Below are positions 14,307 to 25,252 of a DNA stretch of 64,000 nt, piece after piece. Position 1 is the stretch's first letter. Each line of letters begins with the position of its first letter. Under the pieces are notes generated by a model. It was given only the letters and a program-made list of their open reading frames with translations, was not told the origin of the DNA and ran no database searches. The translations under genes and the position numbers were made by a program. The stretch is from the human T2T-CHM13v2.0 reference genome, Homo sapiens: NCBI RefSeq assembly GCF_009914755.1, contig NC_060937.1; one strand, 5' to 3'.

Positions 14307-17300
14307 TTTTTTTTTTTTTTAAGCGCAACGCAACATGTCTGCCTTATTTGAGTGGCTTCCTATATCATTATAATTGTGTTATAGATGAAGAAACGGTATT
14401 AAACACTGTGCTAATGATAGTGAAAGTGAAGACAAAAGAAAGGCTATCTATTTTGTGGTTAGAATAAAGTTGCTCAGTATTTAGAGCTACCTAAATACGT
14501 CAGCATTTACACTCTTCCTAGTAAAAGCTGGCCAATCTGAATAATCCTCCTTTAAACAAACACAATTTTTGATAGGGTTAAGATTTTTTTAAGAATGCGA
14601 CTCCTGCAAAATAGCTGAACAGACGATACACATTTAAAAAAATAACAACACAAGGATCAACCAGACTTGGGAAAAAATCGAAAACCACACAAGTCTTATG
14701 AAGAACTGAGTTCTTAAAATAGGACGGAGAACGTAGCTATCGGAAGAGAAGGCAGTATTGGCAAGTTGATTGTTACGTTGGTCAGCAGTAGCTGGCACTA
14801 TCTTTTTGGCCATCTTTCGGGCAATGTAACTACTACAGCAAAATGAGATATGATCCATTAAACAACATATTCGCAAATCAAAAAGTGTTTCAGTAATATA
14901 ATGCTTCAGATTTAGAAGCAAATCAAATGATAGAACTCCACTGCTGTAATAAGTCACCCCAAAGATCACCGTATCTGACAAAATAACTACCACAGGGTTA
15001 TGACTTCAGAATCATACTTTCTCTTGATATTTACTTATGTATGTATTTATTTTTTTTAATTTATTTCTCTTGAGACGGCGTCTCGCTCTGTCGCCCAGGC
15101 TGGAGTGCGATGGTGTGATCTCGGCTCACTGCAACCGCCACCTCCCTGGGTTCAAGCGATTCTCCTGCCTCAGCCTCCCGAGTAGCTGGGACTACAGGTG
15201 CCCGCCACCACGCCCAGCTAATCTTTATACTTTTAATAGAGACGGGGTTTCACCGTGTCGGCCCGGATGGTCTCGATCTCTTGACCTCGTGACCCGCCCG
15301 CCTCGGCCTCCCAAAGTGCTGGGATGACAGGCGTGAGCCACTGAGCCCGGCCTTCTCTTGACGTTTAAACTATGAAGTCAGTCCAGAGAAACGCAATAAA
15401 TGTCAACGGTGAGGATGGTGTTGAGGCAGAAGTAGGACCACACTTTTTCCTATCTTATTCAGTTGATAACAATATGACCTAGGTAGTAATTTCCTATGTG
15501 CCTACTTATACACGAGTACAAAAGAGTAAAACAGAGAGACTGCTAAATTAAAGGGTACGTGAAGTTCTTCATAGTAACTCCGTAAACTGGAACACTGTCA
15601 AAAAGCAGCAGCTAGTGAATTGTTTCCATGTATTTTTCTATGATCCAATAAGTGAACTATGCTATTCCTTTCCAGTCTCCCAAGCACTTCTTGTCCCCAT
15701 CACCACTTCGGTGCTCGAAGAAAAAGTAACAAATCAAGGAACACAACTAAAGAAACACACACACAAACCAAAGACAACTACAGCGTCTGCAAAAGTTTGC
15801 TAGAAGACTGAAACTGTTGAGTATAAGGATCTGGTATTCTACGATGATCATGAGTTCACTTCAGAGTTTGTTCAAGACATACGTTTCGTAAGGAAACATC
15901 TTAGTTAGAAGTTATTCAGCAGTAGGTACCATCCCTAAGTATTTTTCACCAAATTCGTGACAATAAAGAGCTATCTAACCAGAAAAATTAGCGAGTACCG
16001 GCACCATCCATAGGGCTTTGTCTTTACGCTTCATTAGCACTTACCATGCCTTACAATGTCTAGGATTGACCCTGATAGCATTTCGAAAACAAGCTAATGC
16101 TTTGTCCAGTTCTTCAGTGAAGACAAGCTCACGCCCTAATGCGCTATAGGCATAAGCATCATTTGGATCCACTTCGAGAGTTCTCTGGAAGAATTGAATC
16201 GCAATATCGTGTTCCCGTTGCAGACCGAAACAGTTCCCTGCAGCACACCAGGCCTCTGGCTGGCGAATTTTTATCCATGTCTGTGAAGTCTTTGGACAGA
16301 ACTGAAAGAGCAACCTCTTTCGGAGGATGCCAAAGTGTTGTAGAGTAGATCTCCATGCCTTCGACTCTGTAATTCTCAATCCTCCTAACCTCTGAGAATT
16401 GTCTTTCAGCTTGCGTGGACTCTGAAAGTTTACAATAGGCCCTTCCGATTTGGCACAGTACCCAACCGGTATTGCGGTGGTGAGAAGCTAGATGGCTCAA
16501 GATGCTGATAGCTTCTTTGCCGTGGTAAGAACACAAAGCTAAATAACCTTTCCCCCTTTCACGAAGAAGGCTCATCAAGCCTTCCGCTGCTGCTTTTTGT
16601 AGATTAAAAGCCTGAATCTGAGGCGCGATTGCGGCTATTTCCCCTTCTGAAATGACGGAAGAGTCCAATTTTGTCACTTCCAGGCTATCACTTATGTTCG
16701 GTGGAGTTATTGCTCCTTTATTAGTTTTACTTTTGGTTCTTCTGTTTGGGATTTTAGGTGGAAACTTCATTTTTAATTTTCTCCTATTCTCCTCGGTTGT
16801 GGAGCTGTCACTAGTCAAGAGTCGTGAATTTCTTCGAGGCGGTGCATTTGGGGGAGATGCCATAGTGGGGCTCAATACCTGAGGTGTTGCCCTTGTCGGC
16901 GGACCAGAACTTTGTGTTTTTGCAAGGACTGGAGTTACCTTTCGGCTCTTTCCCCTCTGCGAGAAGACAGACGGTGTTCCGGTTTGGCCGATTCTGGCAA
17001 CAGGCTTTTTTGAAGGGGCTCCGGTGGATGGCACGTCAATGACAGACGGTGTCTCATACCAGTGCAGTTTTGTCAATAGGGTCCGTCTCCGGGACTTGGG
17101 GTTTCTAATGGCAAAATGCCAACACTTGGGGTTAATGGACTAACAGCTGCTGGTCCTCCTAATAAACTTCGACCAGGTTTTGGTTTATGTTGAACCTGTT
17201 TAGATCATATGGAAGTTCCTGTTCCCAGTGGGACAGTATCAGGTGAAAGGACAGCTGAATCGATAGAAGACACTGGGGAGTCTGTATTCAAGGAGTACTT

Positions 17301-18109
17301 TGAATTGGAAGATTCTAAATTCCATCCGTTTCATTGGACGGTGTCCTGGGGTGTTTCCGTAAGAACGGTCTCGGGCTGTCTGTGACATAAACTAGGACGA
17401 GGTCCAAGTGTTGCGGCGCAACACTTGGACAGGCAGTTGCTAAAGCTCTCTAGAGAGGTGAATCAAAATGTTTGGTCAGGATCTGGCTTTTCCCCCCTAT
17501 TTCACATCATGATTCAAAGGGACACCAGAGGAAAGGATTTCAACGAAGGCTCTTTTGGTCACATTCTGATCCTTTGGTAAGCCGATCTGTCTTGCAATAT
17601 ACATGTCCCGACGATGGAAGGGGAAAGCGAGCTGAATCACCAAACTCAGGAACGATAATATCATCGTGGCTTTTCTGCTTATGAAACACTCCACCCGATA
17701 AGATTTGATCCCCTTCTGCAAGCTTGCTGAGATCAACACAACATTTCGCAAGCAGGCATTTGCATTGCGGGGTAGTACAACTGTGTCCTTTCAAGAGTCT
17801 ATATGTTTTATAGGCCTTTCCTGAGCGGTAAGAACAGGTCGCCAGTAAGAACAAGGCTTCTTCTGAGTGTACTTCTGCATAAAGGCGTTCTGCGGGGGAA
17901 ACCGCATCTCGGTAGGTAGGCATAGTGGTTTAGTGCTTGCCATATAGCAGCCTGGACGGGTCCCTGCAGCACCGCCATCCTCGAGGCTCAGGCCCACTTT
18001 CTGCAGTGCCTCAGGCACCCCCCCCCCCCCCCATAGCGGCTCCGGCCCGGCCAGCCCCGGCTCATTTAAAGGCACCAGCCGCCGTTACCGGGGGATGGGG
18101 GAGTCCGAG
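14307..18109 (-). pseudogene. CDC27P: CDC27 (APC3) retro-pseudogene: 5'UTR, start codon at 17,978, disabled CDS to about 16,045, then non-coding extension and poly(A)
   Basis: Minus-strand ORF fragments match CDC27 (AERLYAEVHSEEALFLLAT..KGHSCTTPQC; KLKMKFPPKIPNRRTKSK; PEAWCAAGNCFGLQREHDIAI..NAIRVNPRH) in different frames with stops; no introns in the CDS part; T-tract at 14,304-14,320; flanking direct repeats. Confidence 0.93.
15071..15352 (-). mobile_element. Full-length Alu (Sc/Y-like) inside the CDC27 retrocopy extension, with TSD (copy at 62,041-62,322)
   Basis: Complete dimer; TSD TTCTCTTGATATTTA (15,019-15,033) / TTCTCTTGACGTTTA (15,353-15,367). Confidence 0.92.
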
Positions 18110-18634
18110 ACAGAATGACTTCTTTATCCTGCTGACTCTGGAAAGCCCGGCGCCTTGTGATCCATTGCAAACCGAGAGTCACCTCGTGTTTAGAACACGG
18201 ATCCACTCCCAAGTTCAGTGGGGGGATGTGAGGGGTGTGGCAGGTAGGACGAAGGACTCTCTTCCTTCTGATTCGGTCTGCACAGTGGGGCCTAGGGCTG
18301 GAGCTCTCTCCGTGCGGACCGCTGACTCCCTCTACCTTGGGTTCCCTCGGCCCCACCCTGGAACGCCGGGCCTTGGCAGATTCTGGCCCTTCCTGGCCCT
18401 TCAGTCGCTGTCAGAAACCCCATCTCATGCTCGGATGCCCCGAGTGACTGTGGCTCGCACCTCTCCGGAAACATTGGAAATCTCTCCTCTACGCGCGGCC
18501 ACCTGAAACCACAGGAGCTCGGGACACACGTGCTTTCGGGAGAGAATGCTGAGAGTCTCTTGCCGACTCTCTCTTGACTTGAGTTCTTCGTGGGTGCGTG
18601 GTTAAGACGTAGTGAGACCAGATGTATTAACTCA

Positions 18635-18790
18635 GGCCGGGTGCTGGTGGCTCACGCCTGTAACCCCAACACTTTGGGAGGCCGAGGCCGTAGGATCCCT
18701 CGAGGAATCGCCTAACCCTGGGGAGGTTGAGGTTGCAGTGAGTGAGCCATAGTTGTGTCACTGTGCTCCAGTCTGGGCGAAAGACAGAAT
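18635..18790 (+). mobile_element. Alu monomer-like element followed by (GCAG)n
   Basis: ggccgggtgctggtggctcacgcctgtaaccccaacactttgggaggccgagg..gaggttgcagtgag..ctccagtctgggcga. Confidence 0.75.
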
Positions 18791-18801
18791 GAGGCCCTGC
18801 C

Positions 18802-18833
<32 letters not shown>

Positions 18834-18919
18834 AAAGACAACAGCTGTATTATGTTCTTCTCAGGGTAGGAAGCAAAAATAACAGAATACAGCACTTAAT
18901 TAATTTTTTTTTTTCCCTT

Positions 18920-19784
<865 letters not shown>

Positions 19785-20599
19785 ACCCCCCCTTTCCCCT
19801 TCCCCCGCTTGTCTTCCCGACAGACAGTTTCACGGCAGAGCGTTTGGCTGGCGTGCTTAAACTCATTCTAAATAGAAATTTGGGACGTCAGCTTCTGGCC
19901 TCACGGACTCTGAGCCGAGGAGTCCCCTGGTCTGTCTATCACAGGACCGTACACGTAAGGAGGAGAAAAATCGTAACGTTCAAAGTCAGTCATTTTGTGA
20001 TACAGAAATACACGGATTCACCCAAAACACAGAAAGCAGTCTTTTAGAAATGGCCTTAGCCCTGGTGTCCGTGCCAGTGATTCTTTTCGGTTTGGACCTT
20101 GACTGAGAGGATTCCCAGTCGGTCTCTCGTCTCTGGACGGAAGTTCCAGATGATCCGATGGGTGGGGGACTTAGGCTGCGTCCCCCCAGGAGCCCTGGTC
20201 GATTAGTTGTGGGGATCGCCTTGGAGGGCGCGGTGACCCACTGTGCTGTGGGAGCCTCCATCCTTCCCCCCACCCCCTCCCCAGGGGATCCCAATTCATT
20301 CCGGGCTGACACGCTCACTGGCAGGCGTCGGGCATCACCTAGCGGTCACTGTTACTCTGAAAACGGAGGCCTCACAGAGGAAGGGAGCACCAGGCCGCCT
20401 GCGCACAGCCTGGGGCAACTGTGTCTTCTCCACCGCCCCCGCCCCCACCTCCAAGTTCCTCCCTCCCTTGTTGCCTAGGAAATCGCCACTTTGACGACCG
20501 GGTCTGATTGACCTTTGATCAGGCAAAAACGAACAAACAGATAAATAAATAAAATAACACAAAAGTAACTAACTAAATAAAATAAGTCAATACAACCCA

Positions 20600-20723
20600 T
20601 TACAATACAATAAGATACGATACGATAGGATGCGATAGGATACGATAGGATACAATACAATACGATACGATACAATACAATACAATACAATACAATACAA
20701 TACAATACAATACAATACAATAC
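20600..20723 (+). repeat. (CAATA)n/(CGATA)n pentanucleotide tract
   Basis: Direct reading. Confidence 0.9.
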
Positions 20724-21552
<829 letters not shown>

Positions 21553-21824
21553 TTAACTTCATTTTATGTTATTATCGTGATTGATGTTTCGAGACGGAGT
21601 CTCGGAGGCCCGCCCTCCCTGGTTGCCCAGACAACCCCGGGAGACAGACCCTGGCTGGGCCCGATTGTTCTTCTCCTTGGTCAGGGGTTTCCTTGTCTTT
21701 CTTCGTGTCTTTAACCCGCGTGGACTCTTCCGCTCGGGTTTGACAGATGGCAGCTCCACTTTAGGCCTTGTTGTTGTTGGGGACTTTCCTGATTCTCCCC
21801 AGATGTAGTGAAAGCAGGTAGATT

Positions 21825-21854
21825 TGCCTTGCCTGGACTTGCCTGGCCTTGCCT
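21825..21854. promoter_or_regulatory. p53 response element of the ribosomal gene cluster (RGC)
   Basis: TGCCTTGCCTGGACTTGCCTGGCCTTGCCT, recognised as the classical RGC p53-binding sequence (GGACTTGCCT half-site). Confidence 0.8.
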
Positions 21855-21950
21855 TTTCTTTCTTTCTTTCTTTATTACTTTCTCTTTTTCTTCTTCTTCT
21901 TCTTCTTCTTCTTCTTCTTCTTCTTCTTCTTCTTCTTCTTCTTTTTTTTT

Positions 21951-22232
21951 TGAGACAGAGTTTCACTCTTGTTGCCCAGGCTAGAGGGCAATGGTGCGAT
22001 CTCGGCTCACCGCACCCTCCGCCTCCCAGGTTCAAGCGATTCTCCTGCCTCAGCCTCCTGATTAGCTGGGATTACAGGCATGGGCCACCGTGCCTGGCTG
22101 ATGTTTGTACTTTTAGTAGAGACGGTGTTTTTCCATGTTGGTCAGGCTGGTCTCCCACTCCCAACCTCAGGTGGTCCGCCTGCCTTAGCCTCCCAAAGTG
22201 CTGGGATGACAGGCGTGAGCCACCGCGCCCAG

Positions 22233-22234
<2 letters not shown>
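21951..22234 (-). mobile_element. Alu (AluS-like) with a (CTT)n-derived tail
   Basis: tgagacagagtttcactcttgttgcccaggct..gagccaccgcgcccagcc. Confidence 0.92.
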
Positions 22235-22279
<45 letters not shown>

Positions 22280-22283
<4 letters not shown>

Positions 22284-22934
22284 CGCTCGCTTGCTTGCTT
22301 GCTTTCGTGCTTTCTTGCTTTCCCGTTTTCTTGCTTTCTTTCTTTCTTTCGTTTCTTTCATGCTTGCTTTCTTGCTTGCTTGCTTGCTTTCGTGCTTTCT
22401 TGCTTTCCTGTTTTCTTTTTCTTTCTTTCTTTCTTTCTTTCTTTTGTTTCTTTCTTGCTTGCTTTCTTGCTTGCTTGCTTGCTTTCGTGCTTTCTTGCTT
22501 TCCTGTTTTCTTTCTTTCTTTCTTTCTTTTGTTTCTTTCTTGCTTGCTTTCTTGCTTGCTTGCTTTCGTGCTTTCTTGTTTTCTCGCTTTCTTTCTTTCT
22601 TTTGTTTCTTTCCTGCTTGCTTTCTTGCTTGATTGCTTTCGTGCTTTCTTGCTTTCTTGTTTTCTTTCTTTCTTTTGTTTCTTTCTTTCTTGCTTCCTTG
22701 TTTTCTTGCTTTCTTGCTTGCTTGCTTTCGTGCTTTCTTGTTTTCTTGCTTTCTTTCTTTTGTTTCTTTCTTGCTTGCTTTCTTGCTTCCTTGTTTTCTT
22801 GCTTTCTTGCTTGCTTGCTTTCGTGCTTTCTTTCTTGCTTTCTTTTCTTTCTTTCTTTTCTTTTTCTTTCTTTCTTGCTTTCTTTTCTTTCATTCATTCA
22901 TTCTTTCTTTCTTTCCTTTCTTTCTTTCTTTCTT

Positions 22935-22969
<35 letters not shown>

Positions 22970-22970
22970 G
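22280..22970 (+). repeat. (CTTG/CTTT)n compound tract with seven ~86-bp higher-order units
   Basis: GCTTTCGTGCTTTCT anchors with CG at 22306, 22391, 22486, 22567, 22640, 22729, 22822. Confidence 0.85.
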
Positions 22971-22981
22971 TTTCGTCCTTT

Positions 22982-23272
<291 letters not shown>

Positions 23273-24348
23273 TGTTGACTCATTTCGCTTTTTTATTTCT
23301 TTCGTTTCCACGCGTTTACTTATATGTATTAATGTAAACGTTTCTGTACGCTTATATGCAAACAACGACAACGTGTATCTCTGCATTGAATACTCTTGCG
23401 TATGGTAAATACGTATCGGTTGTATGGAAATAGACTTCTGTATGATAGATGTAGGTGTTTGTGTTATACAAATAAATACACATCGCTCTATAAAGAAGGG
23501 ATCGTCGATAAAGACGTTTATTTTACGTATGAAAAGCGTCGTATGTATGTGTGTAAATGAACGAGCGTACGTAGTTATCTCTGTTTTCTTTCTTCCTCTC
23601 CTTCGTGTTTTTCTTCCTTCCTTTCTTCCTTTCTCTCCTTCTTTAGGTTTTTCTTCCTCTCTTCCTTTCCTTCTTTCTCTCTTTCTGTCCTTTTTTCCTT
23701 CGTGCTTTATTTCTCTTTCGTTCCCTGTGTTTCCTTCTTTTTTCTTTCCTCTCTGTTTCTTTTTCCCTTCTTTCCTTCGTTTCTTTCCTCATTCTTTCTC
23801 TCTTTTTCGTGTTTCTTTCCTTCCCGTCTGTCTTTTAAAAAATGGAGTGTTTCAGAAGTTTACTTTGTGTATCTACGTTTTCTAAATTGTCTCTCTTTTC
23901 TCCATTTTCTTCCTCCCTCCCTCCCTCCCTCCCTTCCTGCTCCCTTCCCTCCCTCCTTCCCTTTCGCCATCTGTCTCTTTTCCCCACTCCCCTCCCCCCG
24001 TCTGTCTCTGCGTGGATTCCGGAAGAGCCTACGCATTCTGCCTCTCCGTGTGTCTGCAGCGACCCGCGACCGAGTCCTTGTGTGTTCTTTCTCCCTCCCT
24101 CCCTCCCTCCCTCCCTCCCTCCCTGCTTCCGAGAGGCATCTCCAAACACCCACGCGCCGTGGGTTGTCTTCTGACTCTGTCGCGGTCGAGGCAGAGACGC
24201 GTTTTGGGCACCGTTTGTGTGGGGTTGGGGCAGAGGGGCTGCGTTTTCGGCCTCGGGAAGAGCTTCTCGACTCACGGTTTCGCTTTCGCGGTCCACGGGC
24301 CGCCCTGCCAGCCGGATCTGTCTCGCTGACGTCCGCGGCGGTTGTCGG

Positions 24349-24364
24349 GCTCCATCTGGCGGCC
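24349..24364 (-). promoter_or_regulatory. CTCF-like site upstream of the spacer promoter
   Basis: Minus strand GGCCGCCAGATGGAGC vs consensus CCASCAGRKGGCRS, about 880 bp upstream of the TSS, where CTCF binding to human rDNA is established. Confidence 0.7.
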
Positions 24365-24379
24365 GCTTTGAGATCGTGC

Positions 24380-24600
24380 TCTCGGCTTCCGGAGCTGCGG
24401 TGGCAGCTGCCGAGGGAGGGGACCGTCCCCGCTGTGAGCTAGGCAGAGCTCCGGAAAGCCCGCGGTCGTCAGCCCGGCTGGCCCGGTGGCGCCAGAGCTG
24501 TGGCGCGTCGCTTGTGAGTCACAGCTCTGGCGTGCAGGTTTATGTGGGGGAGAGGCTGTCGCTGCGCTTCTGGGCCCGCGGCGGGCGTGGGGCTGCCCGG
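24380..24600 (+). promoter_or_regulatory. Probable Pol I spacer-promoter region (limits approximate)
   Basis: Lies between the CTCF-like site and the upstream Sal box, the arrangement known for mammalian spacer promoters; AGGTTTAT echoes core AGGTATAT. Largely positional inference. Confidence 0.45.
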
Positions 24601-24602
24601 GC

Positions 24603-24613
24603 CGGTCGACCAG
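24603..24613 (+). terminator. Upstream Sal-box-like site (CGGTCGACCAG), probable spacer terminator
   Basis: 10/11 match to GGGTCGACCAG, about 625 bp upstream of the TSS and downstream of the presumed spacer promoter. Confidence 0.6.
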
Positions 24614-25056
24614 CGCGCCGTAGCTCCCGAGGCCCGAGCCGCGACCCGCGGGGACCCGCCGCGCGTGGCGCGGGAGGCTGGGGACGCCCTTCCCGGCCCG
24701 GTCGCGGGTCCGCGCTCATCCTGGCCGTCTGAGGCGGCGGCCGAATTCGTTTCCGAGTCCCCGTGGGGAGCCGGGGACCGTCCCGCCCCCGTCCCCCGGG
24801 TGCCGGGGAGCGGTCCCTCTGCCGCGATCCTTTCTGGCGAGTCCCCGTGCGGAGTCGGAGAGCGCTCCCTGAGCGCGCGTGCGGCCCGAGAGGTCGCGCC
24901 TGGCCGGCCTTCGGTCCCTCGTGTGTCCCGGTCGTAGGAGGGGCCGGCCGAAAATGCTTCCGGCTCCCGCTCTGGAGACACGGGCCGGCCCCCTGCGTGT
25001 GGCACGGGCGGCCGGGAGGGCGTCCCCGGCCCGGCGCTGCTCCCGCGTGTGTCCTG

Positions 25057-25067
25057 GGGTTGACCAG
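25057..25067 (+). terminator. T0 promoter-proximal TTF-I site (GGGTTGACCAG)
   Basis: One-mismatch Sal box about 170 bp upstream of the TSS. Confidence 0.8.
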
Positions 25068-25076
25068 AGGGCCCCG

Positions 25077-25252
25077 GGCGCTCCGTGTGTGGCTGCGATG
25101 GTGGCGTTTTTGGGGACAGGTGTCCGTGTCGCGCGTCGCCTGGGCCGGCGGCGTGGTCGGTGACGCGACCTCCCGGCCCCGGGGGAGGTATATCTTTCGC
25201 TCCGAGTCGGCATTTTGGGCCGCCGGGTTATTGCTGACACGCTGTCCTCTGG
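25077..25252 (+). promoter_or_regulatory. Pol I gene promoter: UCE (about -156 to -107) and core (about -45 to +20)
   Basis: Core GGAGGTATATCTTTCGCTCCGAGTCGGCATTTTGGGCCGCCGGGTTATT|GCTGACAC matches the known human rDNA promoter; element limits are from established mapping. Confidence 0.9.

Noticed and set aside
16041-17923. CDC27-like ORFs (305, 127 and 112 aa) as functional CDS
   Set aside because: Fragments in different frames separated by frameshifts (e.g. duplicated GTAG near 17,912-17,919) and stops; pseudogene.
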